The notes under the pieces were generated by a model. That model was given only the letters and a program-made list of their open reading frames with translations, did no database searches and was not told where the DNA came from. Position numbers and translations under genes: made by a program. DNA of 64,000 nt from Takakia lepidozioides (taxonomy: Eukaryota; Plantae; Bryophyta), in the NCBI GenBank assembly GCA_030704615.1, contig CM060733.1, positions 64,356,001-64,420,000 on the forward strand, written 5' to 3'. Shown here piece by piece: positions 10,233-22,880 of the stretch; within the stretch, counting starts at the first letter, position 1, and each line of letters opens with the position of its first letter.

Positions 10233-12616
10233 GCGCAACACATGGGGTTACAAATGGCTTTGCGGATGAAATGTTCTCTTTGCTGCAGAAAATCTTGTTG
10301 CCACAACCAAACGTACTACCCACATCTTTCTACCATGCAAAGACCATGGTGAGTAAGCTTGGGCTTGCTTATGAGAAGATCGATGCTTGCCCAAAGGGGT
10401 GTGTGTTGTTTAGGGGGGGGCTTGAAAACTTCAGAGAGTTGCCCCAAGTGTCAAAGCGCCCGATTCAAAAATGTGGGGAGATCCAAGGTACCTGTTAAGG
10501 TGCTTCGCCATTTTCCATTGATACCACGCCTTTTGCGTATGTATATATGCTCTTCTATTGCAGAATTAATGACCTGGCACAGTTGGAATGCAAGCAACGA
10601 TGGCCTTGTGTGCCATGCAGCTGATTGAAAGGCTTGGAAACACATTGATGCTACTTGGCCCGACTTTGCAGCAGAGCCTCGCAATGTAAGGCTTGGTTTT
10701 TCCTTCGATGGAGTCAATCAGTTTGTTGATAAGAACAATTACTGGTCAACATGGCCAGTGTTGACGCTGGTATACAACCTACCTCCCTAGCTCACTACAA
10801 AGAAGTTCTTTGTCATGCTTATTCTCTTGATTCCAGGAAAGCAGTCAGTTACAAGTGAGCACATAGATGTGTACTTAGCACCACTGATGGAGGAGTTACT
10901 TGATTTGTGGAGGGGGGTTCGGGCATATGACATATGTAAACCTGTTGGTGAGAGAACCTTCATACTACGCGCCATACTACTGTGGAGCATCCACGATTTT
11001 CCTGCTTATGGCCTACTTGCAGGATGTGTCACAAAAGGCTACAAAGGGTGTCCAGTATGCGGTCCTCATGTAGATGCAAGACACTCAAAAGTTCTGGGCA
11101 AAATTGTCTACCAAGGTCACCGCAGGTTCCTCCCTCAGGCCCATCCATACCGCAGGAACCGCATATACTTCAATGGACAGGTGGAGATGCGTGCGAAGCC
11201 ACATCGGTTCACACCGGTTGAACAAGAGGCCGCTGGTGTTGAGGCTGAAGGTTATGACCTTGACCCCCGTGCTTTTCCTGATGCTGAAGTTCATCCAGCC
11301 AAGGTTCATGGTATCAAAAGGTGCAGCTGCCTATGGGATTTACCATACTGGAAGGTACCCCCTGCACTTGTACTTGTTTGAGTTCAATGTTCTTTGTAAA
11401 TGGAAAAGGTAGTGCCCCTGTAGTGGTTACTTCTTACTTTCCGAGTGGTAATGTAGCAGTACTGCATGTAATTTGGACTTCACATTAATAACTCGTGGAG
11501 TGGTAAAAGGTAGTATCCATGATGCTGAGGAAGTTGTTGACATCATTTGAGAGGCTAATAATGCACTAAATGAGTTGTTTGAACCACTGAGGAGGGACTG
11601 TCATGCATCACAGCCACTTTAGACATAGAAGTATATAGTGCTCATAAAGGAATCTGATTTGTATAGGACTGCAATCTATCGGAATGTTCCTGAAATGGTG
11701 TCACCAATTGCAGGATCTGTTGCAACGCTACTTACTGGATCCCATGCATTGCGAAAAAGAATTTTTGTGAAAACTTGTTGAAGACGATTTCGGACGGAAG
11801 GACACGGTGAAGGTGAGGAACGACATCGGCATCGGCATCAGACGTCACTTGTGGCTTCGGCCTGATCCACAAAACCCTTCACGTATCATGAAACCAGCAG
11901 CACCGTATGTTCTCACTCCCGCTGAAATCACGATATTTCTTGATACTTTGGGGGCTATCAAAACTCCTTCGGGATTTGCACGTGCATTTCATAAACACAT
12001 ACACCCGTCTAGGAAACATTTGACGAGTATGAAGTCCCATGATTATCACGTTTTAATGCAACAAATTTTACCTGTGTGTATTCGCCATTGCATGGCTCCA
12101 GGCCCACGTGGGGTCATTGTGCGTGTGAGTCGCATTTTCCACCGGATTTGTGCCAAAGTATGGGACCCTAATGAAATAGATTCATTGCGTGAGGATGTTG
12201 CTATAACCTTGTGTCTGTTAGAGAAAGAGTTCCCCCCTTCTTTCTTTGATGTCATGACCCATTTGCTAGTTCATCTCGTAGATAAACTAGACACATGTGG
12301 TCCGGTGTCTTCACGGTGGATGTATCCCATGGAGCGTTACATGAAAGATCTCAAGGGATACGTTAGGAATTACGCAAAGCCAGAAGGGAGTATGGCTGCA
12401 GGGTATGTTCTTGATGAGGCCATGGGGTTCATGAGTGAGTATATGCAATCATTTGATGCAACTCAACGGCGGATTTGGGATGCAAATGCGGAGGAAGGGG
12501 TTGAGAACGAGGTCTTGGAAGGTGTCGGCAAAAAGCGGGACATAAGTGGAGCTGAGAGAGATGCAGCACATTTGTATGTGCTGAACAATACCAATGTCAT
12601 GGTTCATTGGGTGTAG
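10233..12616 (+). pseudogene. Outer CACTA TnpD continuation (Transposase_21/Tnp2 + DUF4218), with stops and frameshifts
   Basis: YEKIDACPKGCVLF, CPKC..RF, KVLRHFPLIPRL, W.HID..WPDFA.EPRNVRLG..DG, LLIPG, IDVYLAPL.EEL..LW.GV, LLWSIHDFPAYG, SMKSHDYHVLMQQILP, RWMYPMERYMK. Intron at ~11356-11713. Confidence 0.92.
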
Positions 12617-13059
12617 TGAGCTTCTTTTCATTGCACCTTATTCATATCAAGTTCAAATGCAATTGTGACTGTCACCAGTGTAATAGAACCACTCACAAAG
12701 TGACAAATGTCTGTGGTTCATCGTGATGATAACCACTTCTGTAGTAACTGAATGTCTAAGTGAGTGACTTTTTGGAAGAGCATGCTGACAATGACAGCCT
12801 AGATTTGTTCTAGGAAACACCCAATCAGCTTATCCCACTAGTTCCTATGTTGAATTGCGTCTGTTACTCTCTGTAATCCAACAAGCATTCACTTTTTTGC
12901 CTCGGTTGTCCCACCATTGACCGGGGTCAGAAAAGTATTCATTCCACAGCTTCTCCTCATCTCTGTTACTTGTTTTTGGATACTTGAACATGTTGTCACA
13001 TTGGCAGTATCAAGTCACTCACTCCAAACTATCAAATGGTTCACTCAACCAGCTAACTT

Positions 13060-14270
13060 GCAGAATTCAACATGAAAATAGAGTGCCAACTCTAATAAGA
13101 CATCCCATAGCATAATGGAGTTGTGCAGAACGAAAGAACCGGACTTTGGTTGAGAGTGCAATGTGCATGTTGGAGCACCAAGGTCTTGGCAAAGTGTTTT
13201 GGGCTGAAGCTATTTCTACTGCTGTGTATGTTAACAATCGAGCACTACCATTGCAGTCAAGGATATGACACCTGAGGAGGGATGGAGTGGCAAGAAGCCA
13301 ACTGTTGCACACCTGAGAGTTTTTGGTTGTGATGCATAGGCTCATGTGCCGAAAGAAAAGCGTTCAAAGCTGGATTCCAAAAGTATTAAGTGCATGTTTT
13401 TGGGATATTGTGAGGGGTCTAAATGTTATCGTCTGTATGAATCGGAATGCAAAGTTATAGTTAGGAGTCGTGACGTCCACTTTGTTGAGTCTTCTAGACT
13501 GACAGAGAAGGTAGGAGCTGGTGAGATTTATATCACAGTTGCTGACTCTCCGCATGTTTTACCACAAACTCATCCAGTTCCACTTGTACTAGCTGATACT
13601 GCTCCAGTTGCAGTGCTTGACGTACCAAGTGAACATGCTCCTAGACCTGAAGGGAGTCATGGTGATGTCAGTGAGATTTATGAGGATGCAGGTGAGAAGG
13701 TGGATGAGCCATTTGTACCTCGACGCTCATGGCATAGTTGGAAGCCCTAGATTTGTAGAGTCTCTAGACATGGCTTTTGCATTTCACTGTACTAGCAATG
13801 ATGAACCACAGTCCGTGACAGAAGCATTGGAGAGTGTTGATGCCTCACAGCGGAATGAAGCTCTTGATTCACAGTACAAATCCATTATGGACAATGGTAC
13901 TTGGTTTTTTGTTCCTCTGCCACTTGGAAGGAGAATAGTTGGAAGCAGGAGGGTCTTCAAGGTGAAGTACAAGGTAGATGGAACTGTGGAGCGATACAAA
14001 GGCGTTCGGCTCGTTGCCAAGGGCTATTCTCAAAGGGAAGTGAAGCGAATCCTAAGGTATCTCAAAGGTACTATTGATCATGGGTTATGCTTTAGTGGGA
14101 GTCCTTCAGGCAAGGATGGTTTGCACATGGTGGGATGCAGATATTTTGACCAAGAGTCTCATTCGCGAGTCTCCTTCGCAAAAAGCTTGTGCACAAGCAT
14201 GCGCGCTTCAAGAAGATGACGGGGGTTGTTGACTTCCAAGCTTAGTAACAGCTGTTTCATTGAGTGGGAT
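13060..14270 (+). mobile_element. Ty1/Copia pol remnant (integrase, SH3-like region, deleted RT, RNase H end) and PPT
   Basis: HNGV.ERKNRTLVESA, FWAEAISTAVY, HLRVFGC, KRSKLDSKSIKCMFLGY, NGTW..VPLP.GR..VG...VFKVK...RLVAKGYSQ joined directly to VKRILRYLKGT. PPT TTGAGTGGGAT at ~14260-14270. Confidence 0.88.
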
Positions 14271-14570
14271 TGTTAGAATTAGGATGGATGAACTTTTGGG
14301 TTCAACTCATCATTTGTTAGATATTCTAGATACCCTAGAATAGATGCGGCTTAGAATAGCTATTAGATAAGTTTTGAGAGAATAGACATCTCTCGGTAGG
14401 AGACATCTAGTAGATATATATATATAGACCTCAAGGGAGAGGCAATCAATCTTTGCATAGACCTCTATGGTAGGGAGGAGAGCTCCTTTGTAATAGAGTC
14501 TCTTGTTTCATCTCTGCATCTTCAGAAATATGTGTTTGTTTTCTTGACAGTTTGAATATGCGGAAACCCA
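14271..14570 (+). repeat. 3' LTR of the Copia remnant (right end approximate)
   Basis: Starts TGTTAG immediately after the PPT and contains a TATATATA run. The terminal CA could not be fixed. Confidence 0.6.
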
Positions 14571-16038
14571 ACTTGGGTTGCAACTAATTCTACTGAATTT
14601 GCATTTAGATTGCAAGCGTCAATATTGCTTCAAATGAAAATGAGGAGATTCCTAGCATTGACCTGGGGCAGTTGTTATTATGTTCCTCACCTGCACTTTG
14701 TTTTTGAGTTTCCACGGCCTTTCCATGTACCTTTTTTTTGTTGGCAGTGGGCACGCTCCTTTACAAGAAAGGTGTACACAGGCTGCTCTTGGGGATGCAT
14801 ACATTTTCAAAGAATCACAGAGGCAAGTTATGTACTCTCTTCTTCTTAACATCAGCAAATTGTGAGGTACTTCGCATTCGAAGCTTCAACAGTAAACATA
14901 GTACGCAACACTGTGGTAGGCGCTGCCGTTGAGGGCGCTCGAAGCCAACGGTTTGCCTGTAGGAACGCCCTGCCGTTACTACAACTGCCTGCCCAACGGC
15001 GCCACCCACCCACACCTGTTGGCCTTCCCACTGGTTTACCAAGGGCAACGTTACAAGTTTTCATCGATGAAGCCCTGCCATCGATTGCATACTGGGTTAG
15101 AGCTGAAGCATCAATTATGAAGAAACAAACTCATTATCAAGTGTTGCACCGGCTTTTAAGAGATGGGTATTGTCTTGAAACTTGAATCATGACATTGCAC
15201 TCAGTTAGACACACCCAAATTATGCTTTGCCTTCACAGAAGCGCGCGTTTGTTTGTCAAAGAATAGCTGTACAGTACTCATGTGATTTGACAAACCACCA
15301 CATCTCATACGTACCGGAAGAGGAATGACATGGACCTCACACTCTGGTACTTCCCACTTCTAACCAGATTTACCACCCAGATGTACCCTCCTTTTCTCTC
15401 ACATCTTATATTACCCACAAGTATTAGGTCCAGTGATGATTTGACAAACTACCCAATTTCATAGAGCGAGTCCCATAATCCTCGCAGATCTAGTAGTACA
15501 TGTTTGCCCTGCTAATGTCCGACCTGGTCAGGCTTTGCCTTACATCCCTTGTGCAGGCACAGTACCAGGAGCAAGGCAAGACCACGGGTGGTAGGTTGAT
15601 GGACCTGACTCATTTGCGCTGATCAGACTGTGATGCATAATTTTCCAACTGATCTCCTGGGTGTGCGACATCTTGTATCCGGCAAGGTGGATGATGAAAG
15701 AACCAGCTGCCAGTGGCAAGAGACAAACCAGAGGTGCACACAAATGATGTTTCGTCCTTGTCTCGCCATGTCTGTTGAGATCAAGAATAAGACAACCGTC
15801 TAGAATTGAAAGAAAGGAAATTTGTTCAATGAGAGACTACGACTTAGAGGTCCAGGGTCAAAGCAGTAGAAAGCACTTGTCAATCAACATAAAGATCAAA
15901 TCGACAAGAGGCCTTCACGCTTACACTCCAGCCTTATCCACCTGAGTCACGCTATTGCTGTTTAATAAGGAGTAAGACGCAGCTTGTCGAGAGCTCTCCA
16001 ATTGAAACCTCAGTGGTGACAGCAACACAGGCGACCCA

Positions 16039-18947
16039 ATGCAGAGCGTGCCAGGCTGCAAGTCGATTTCCTATGTGTTGCACCGGCCGTTGCTACTCCC
16101 GCCCCTCTTTCTACTCATTGTAGCCTGGTGTCTATGGAGCTCCTCCACAGTCGTCCTATATTCTGCGTCTCAAGCTCGCATCCATCTCTGGCATTGTGTT
16201 TCTTGTATACACATTGACCTTGGTCTTACAGCTTCCGAATCTGATCCAGGGTCGTCTTTGGGCTCGTCGACCAACATCAAAGAATTGGCCCTCCGGCGGC
16301 AGGTATGTATTGTAACCTAGTAGCTCCCGCACAAGCATATATTCTTGGCTAGCAAATGAAAACATCTTCAATGCAAATTCTCACCGCATGTAGGTGGGGT
16401 CCAGTGCAACGTATCAAAGGGAAATTATGCAATTATATTTTTTGAATTCGCTGAAAGATCTGGTTGTCATGCTGTGAATGCACAGTTGCTAATTCAATCG
16501 TTTAAGCATCGGGTCTCAGACGAAGTAAGAAAGAGACGCGAACTACATGCGCAATGATCACTTACAGATGTCAGAATAATTTCCAACAACTTGTTCAATG
16601 TGAATTTCAGTGCTGGGTTTGAGCAACTTAACCGTACTTCGAACTGTGAATTACACGTTCGACACTTGATTTCACCAGCTGACCAGTGGTGTGTTTGGCG
16701 TGAAATACACGTCAACTACACAGACACCAGTGTACATAACATCCGCCACTCTAATGTAGGAATTAAAACCCTGGCACGATAAGCCATTGGAGTCTTTCTC
16801 CATGATGTCGGTTAGGAGTGGATGCAGAGAGCTTGAAGAGAGAACTAGAGTCATATCCTTTAGGACTTGTGTACAATTTTCGCTGCAAAACCCCAATAGT
16901 CTTAATTGATCAATACGAGTTGGTGATGTCTGGCACTGTACAGGTAAGTCACAACGTACAGGATGGTCGAGGTCAGGAAGCCGCCAAAGCTGGTCCTCTC
17001 AAAAAATCCCTGGGTCAGGCTCGCCATGGAGACCTTGAAAGAGAACAGACCGAGGATCATAGGCAAGTCGAAACTATGATATCAGAGAAGGAGAGAGTAG
17101 GAAAGGAAGTGGATGATAGAATAAGTAAAGTGGGAATCTTGGACGGTACAAAGATGCAGTTTGATGTTTATCACACACCGCAGGCGCTGGGGAAATTAGT
17201 GTCAGCAGATTTTGGAGAAAGGGCAGTGAAAAAAATTAGCGCAAAGGAGACGTTACCAGAGAAGGAAAGGAGAGTAATCTCTGAGGGGAGGGAGAAAGTG
17301 AATTGGCATGCCATTCTCGGGATTGGGGAAAAAGTTGTGGAGTTGGGTACTGGAGTTGCGGAGAAAAGGGAATTGAAGTCCACTAATTCAAGCTGCGCCT
17401 CGAAGAATATCGAAGGAGAAATCTTAGATTCGGTTGAGATGATCCACAGGCCAGGAAGAGGGACGACGCCCGTAGAAGAAAGTCTCAAGGGTGAATCTGA
17501 ACGAGCGAGGGAGGAATTGAGCGAAGAGACTGTGGCCGATCCAGTGGAACGAGGTGCGATGGAAGCGGGTGAGATAGTGAAAACTATCAGATCTGTCTCT
17601 CTACCAATGCCTACTGCTGGCACCGATCGCTCAGCAGCCATTGCGTCAAGGCACCCTGGAAATAGTGCAGTACAACAAGATCCTTTGGGTGGAAAGGAGG
17701 AGGCCTTTGAAATGACGATGGTGAATTCAGCATCTAGCTGCCAAGGCAAATACGTGTACGTATATGATCTGCCACCCCACTTCAATTTGGAACTCTTACA
17801 AATGTGCCATATGCTACTGCCATGGTACAATCTCTGCGATTATTTATCCAACTCGGGCCTGGGAAAGCCTGTCACGGGGACTCAGAGCAAAATTCTTATA
17901 CCCGCAGGGCGGTGGTTCAACACCCACCAGTATGCGTTGGAACTTGTCTCCCATGCACGTATCCTGGAATATCAATGTTTGACCTCAGACTCCGCTCTTG
18001 CTTCCCTCTTCTACGTGCCTTATTACGGGGGCCTGGATGTTATTCGCTGGCATTTTTCAGATAATACTACACACGAGAAGCGCGATGCCTTGGGGTGGCA
18101 GCTTGTGGAGTGGCTGGAGAAGCAGCCCTCATGGAAGAGGAGAGGCGGGCTCGATCATGTTTTGGTGCTGGGGAAGATCTCTTGGGACTTTCGCAGGCCA
18201 AATGATGAGAGTGGCATGTGGGGCAGTCGACTCTTGGAGTTTCCTCAAATGCAGAATCTTACGAAGGTTTTAATTGAGAGAAATCCATGGCATCAGAATG
18301 ATATTGGGGCGCCCCACCCAACCTTCTTCCACCCAAAATCTGACACAGACGTGCGTGCCTGGCAGGCCCATGTCGCTGCTTCACAGCGACGCAATCTAGT
18401 TAGCTTTGCAGGGAAGGACAGACGCAACGACCCTGAGAATATACGTACTCTACTGATCCAGCAGTGTGTGGGGCAGCCTGAGCATTGCTACTTTCTAGAA
18501 TGCGTCGAAGACTTGTGCTTGCGCCCAGAAGCAACTACGAAGGTTTTCATGACCTCCCATTTTTGCATGCAGCCCCCAGGTGACAGCCCCACCCGGCGAT
18601 CCGTCTTTGACTCGCTCATTGCAGGTTGTATACCAGTACTGTTTGATCCATACACAGCTTATTTGCAGTATCCATGGCACCTGCCTGCAAATACCAGTTC
18701 GTATTCTGTGTACCTTGCAGACAAGGATTTGCAGAGGGGTCGTTCGAATGTGGTCGAGGTTCTAAAACGAATCTCAGAAGATGAGAGAGACAGGATGAGA
18801 AGACACATCATCACTGATATTGTCCCAGGCCTTTTGTATGCTGAACCTGGGGCTCAGCTCTCAACTTTCAAAGACGCGTTTGCCATTACTCTTGACAATC
18901 TTTTGCACAGAGTTTCCAGTCTAAATGCTTTCGAGCAAACATTTTAG
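16039..18947 (+). CDS. GT47/exostosin xyloglucan glycosyltransferase, XUT1-like (galacturonosyltransferase clade); join(16039..16302,16944..18947)
   Basis: Exon 1 has a type-II TM segment and ends CAG|GTATGT (phase 0); acceptor TACAG at 16943 is in frame. Catalytic domain: CQGKYVYVYDLP.HFN, THQYALE, FYVPYYGGLDVIRWHF, DHVLVLGKISWDFRR, LIERNPW, PHPTFFHP, FCMQPPGDSPTRRSVFDSLIAGCIPV. Confidence 0.9.
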
Positions 18948-19950
18948 TGCTCACTCCCCAAATTTCCTCGGTACAGTGCCAAAGTCCATTTCTTCATGAC
19001 AAAACTAATCACGTTGGATGCCTGATCTAAAACCATTTCCCTCGTCTAAAATTAGGTAATGTTCCTAGTTTCTTCCTGCTCAAGGTTGGCGTTGCAGCCG
19101 TTTCCTTTTAATTTCCCCCTTTCAAAGGCCCTGCCTCCATGGAGCTTCAGTTATGCACTCTGCAGCATTACTGCACATCTATCTATTTATTTCTTTTCGT
19201 GATTAACCCGCTTCTAATTTGGGGTCTTGTCACCCACCCAATCTTCCAGTGGAAATGCTATGCGGTCCTCTCATCCTCGGTCTCTCTCGTGAAGAGTTTA
19301 AACAAGCAAATTTTGGAGCTTCTCTTTATGTAGCAATGCTCATCTAGAGAAGTATAAGTTCCACTACGGTGCAGGAACTTCGTGCGGGCAGCGGGATTGA
19401 AGTCCCCGCAAGGTTGATGTACACTAGGGGGCCAATTGGCTTCGCAGCATTTAGCTAAGTTACTATCGCATTCAAACGTTGTACAGACCCAATTTGCAAT
19501 TCTGAATAAAAAGAGAAGGAATGGGATACTCTTCAATGCAGAATGTAAAACTTAATATTTTCCATGAGTTGCTGCGTGGACCTGCATCCGATCACTTTGT
19601 ATACTCCCTGCAGAAAACTTTTCTTCTCTTGCAGACATGAATACACAAATTCTATAACCATAACTGTAGAGCTCGTGGCACTTCATCTCTCCATCATTAC
19701 TTTCCTTCAGTTCATCAACAACCAACCTGCCATTTTAGTTAATGCATTCATAGTCACATTGAAGGACGACCAACAAAACGTTGTACCTCATGGTGGACTC
19801 TTAAAGTGCTTCTTACTGTCAGATTGACCTTCTGGAATCAGCGCATTGCTGCACCCAAATTTTTCTGCAGGAATTTCTCTTCTTTGCACTGCTCGTCGTC
19901 GGGTCTTTTCTAAAGTATACGATATTTGGGAGCTGGACATCGGTTTATTC

Positions 19951-20423
19951 CAGTGTTGGACTGGTATCAAGTTTTTTACATACCAGTCTGGTCCTGGTAC
20001 CAGGCGTATCACAAAGTTTTCATACCAAGTCTGGTCTATATAATGGTGGATGTATATTTGTCCAAATACTGGTATGAGTATGAGTATCATGACCACAATA
20101 CCAGCTGGTATGAGGTATCAACTCTGGTATCATCCTTTATGTGTATTTTCACTTGATATTTGCTAATTGATAAACTTGTAATTCAAGATGGCTTTAGAAG
20201 TAAATATACATAAATACAAATGTATAGGCAAATGTACACATAAATTAATATGGTACACATACCAGAGTAAATGAGGTAGATTGCGGGGGAGTACTGGTAT
20301 TGTGGCTGGTATGAAAAAACTGATACCAGCCAGGTCTGGTATATGACCAAGTATTCTCCCAAACGATACCAGACTGGTCTGGTATCTATAACAGTCCTTC
20401 ACCTATATACCAGTCCAACACTG
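19951..20423. mobile_element. Non-autonomous hAT element (473 bp), 17-bp TIR, 8-bp TSD GTTTATTC
   Basis: CAGTGTTGGACTGGTAT at 19951-19967 and ATACCAGTCCAACACTG at 20407-20423. GTTTATTC at 19943-19950 and 20424-20431. Many internal CTGGTAT/ATACCAG motifs. Confidence 0.93.
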
Positions 20424-20850
20424 GTTTATTCTCTGGATATGATGAGTACAGAGTTGGCTCTTTCTGAACACACAACTGTGGTTATACGTTTGTTTTGAAG
20501 CTCCCCTAAACGCCCGCAAGGCCTAAAACGGGCCAAATTGGTTGTTTAAGGGTCTCTAACTTTTGCAGATGTAAGTAGGCCAAATTCCTCAAAATATGGT
20601 GCATACACACAGCATATCCTCGTGTAGATCCTATGGGCAAAGGCGATTGGCTAGATTCGGAGGAGCCAATGAGCTATTAGATTTACAATGGCCAGGGGTG
20701 GCTCCCACCTGTTTCATATTTCCTTTCTCTCTCTGCCTGTATAGCCTAGCCTGGCACACTTGCTCATCATCCCTTGCAGGTTGCCTTTAATGCGTGTAAT
20801 GCATGTTGTCTTTAATGCTAAAACACACTACCGTAGTGGCTCAGAATGTT

Positions 20851-21249
20851 GTGTGGCCTCGTCCTAATGAGGCTGGTCAGACGATGGGGCCCGCCATCTC
20901 CCTAATATAGGAGCAAACTACCTTCATGCAGCAAGGACTTAGAATTTTTTTGGCATATGAAATTTACAACTACCTCCATGTAGGTAGTTTTAGGATTTTC
21001 TACATGAAGGTAGTTGCAAAACCAAACTGAAACTACCTGCACGAGAGTAGTTACCTACCCACACCTCCATAGAGGTAGTCGTAGTTAGCGCCTAGCACCA
21101 GAACCACGTTCAAGGATTGGAACTCAACGATGTGTAGTTTTTTTTAATATATAAGAGAAACGGGAATAGGGATCGTTTTAATGTAGCGGGCCCGCTATCG
21201 GGTCCATGTCCCCTCTGCACCCCGCTGCCTCATTACGACGAGGCCACAC
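20851..21249. repeat. MITE-like element with 23-bp inverted repeats and internal AACTACCT/AGGTAGTT palindromes
   Basis: GTGTGGCCTCGTCCTAATGAGGC (20851-20873) versus GCCTCATTACGACGAGGCCACAC (21227-21249), 22/23 match. No TSD found. Confidence 0.6.
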
Positions 21250-21304
21250 GATAGCGCAGAAACACCTCGGGATATTTGTAATCTAGGATTAGCCTCCAAA
21301 GAGG

Positions 21305-22208
21305 CCTTGTCCCTACAAGCAGGGCACATTAATGGGCTTTGTCATTAATGCCAGGAGCCAGGCCTTCTCCGGCCCACCTCCCATTTCTTGGCCATGCCCC
21401 TTGATAGCCATACCCACTCCTCGCCATGCCTGCGTGCCCATGCGCCTTCCCCCGTGCTCCATGCGAGGCCCCATGCCACATGCTCCATGGTCATGTTTGT
21501 TATCCATAGATGATTTTAGCGGGATGAGTCTAAAATGGATGAGGTTAGGGGTGGGTTTAGGCTCGTTAGGGTCACGACTGTTTTAACATTGCTCATCTTG
21601 GCTCCAATAGCAAACATTGGGGTTCTATGGATTAGTGAGTGGATTAGTGGACGCGAATATGAGTAGATTAGATTAGTGAGGTGAGCTTGTGGATCACTAA
21701 ACACTTGATGTGGTGCAGGGCGTTCAAGAGCTTCCAGGAAACCGCGGTTGAGGTTTCCTGGCATATCATTTAAATGATATAAGATATATCTAGAGGAAAT
21801 TGCAATCGAGGTTTCCCTGACATGATGGTATATTTTAATATGTCTGGAGGAAGCACATTTGAGGTTTCCCTGGCATACCACTTGCATACCATTCACAAAT
21901 GCAAACATAATAAAAGGAACTCACCTAGTTTGCAAAGAACTCACTAAGCCCCAAACAAACAAAACCCTCAACCAGCCGCCGCCCTAAGAGATCCTAACCC
22001 CATCCATCCTAAATTCATCTCTAAATTCATCCATGAATAACAAACATGCTATGGAGCATGTAGCATGGGGGAGGGCTCATAGAGCATGGGGCATGGTGAG
22101 GAGTATGGCGAGCAAGGGCATGTGGGCCCGATAGTGGGGCTGTTGACTACATTAAATGGCATAAGGCTTTATTATAGCCATTAATGAGTGGCTTCCTGTA
22201 GGCACAAG
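21305..22208. mobile_element. Foldback/Mutator-like element with long (~250-300 bp) degenerate TIRs
   Basis: CCCCATGCCACATGCTCCATGGTCATGTTTGTTAT...ATGGATGAGGTTAGG (~21470-21550) pairs with CCTAACCCCATCCAT...ATAACAAACATGCTATGGAGCATGTAGCATGGGG (~21993-22070). Outer ends CTTGTCCCTACA / TGTAGGCACAAG. Confidence 0.6.
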
Positions 22209-22725
22209 TAGTGTGGTTTTTTGGACAGGTAGCCCTACCTTTTTTGTGACAGGTTAATTTTTTTTTTTTGACTTTCACTGTGACTGACAACTTTCAGAAA
22301 ATGCCTTTCACATGACAGGTTTACAAGATTTTGACCTTTCACACAACCATGTCATATGAAATAAAAAGTAAAAAATGAAAAGAAGTGTGTAGTTTGAAGT
22401 GTGAACTTCTTACACATCTTTGGGGGCTCAATCACTTATACTATGTTGCTTGCTGGACCTTGGAAGACTCCCTGGATCATGAGCACCACACCTATGAAAG
22501 TGCAAATTGCTGGGGTCCTAATTATAACTGCCCGTCACAATGTGTCCAACAGAGCGCGGAGGGGCTTGGACAACCAGTCTTTACAAGCAGGCGAGGCTCT
22601 CAATAGCTGCATCCCCAAACTACTACGTAGATCGTTGTGAACTTAAGGCCCAAGTGCCTGTTTCTTGAAATAAATTAGATGACTAAAGTTGCCATTTCAC
22701 AACCCGGAGCAGTATATGAGAGCCA

Positions 22726-22880
22726 GTGTTTTCTGCCTTGGCGAAACCTTAAAATTTTAAAATGAAATATTCTGTCATAAATTCCCAATTTTCCATGGAT
22801 GAAATTGCCAAACTTCTACAAAGATAATATAACAAAGGATGATATAAATGGATGAAAGTACATAGGAGGATGAAAATTTA
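22726..22880 (+). repeat. Truncated copy of a GGATGA-rich hAT-like MITE family (related to 37519-37790)
   Basis: Starts CAGTGTTTTC and shares AATATTCTGTC..AAT.C...TTTT.CATGGATGAAAT.GCCAAA and CATAGG.GGATGAA with the 37.5-kb copy. Confidence 0.55.

Noticed and set aside
15432-15530. GTGATGA box-C-like motif suggesting a snoRNA
   Set aside because: No appropriately placed box D (CTGA) or terminal stem.
16818-16943. ORF-finder start of the 709-aa GT47 ORF
   Set aside because: It starts at a GTG inside the intron. The TM-encoding exon at 16039 with in-phase splice sites is the better start.
20826-20838. CACTACCGTAGTG mini-palindrome resembling fused CACTA ends
   Set aside because: Only 13 bp with no TSD or subterminal repeats, so it is compatible with chance.
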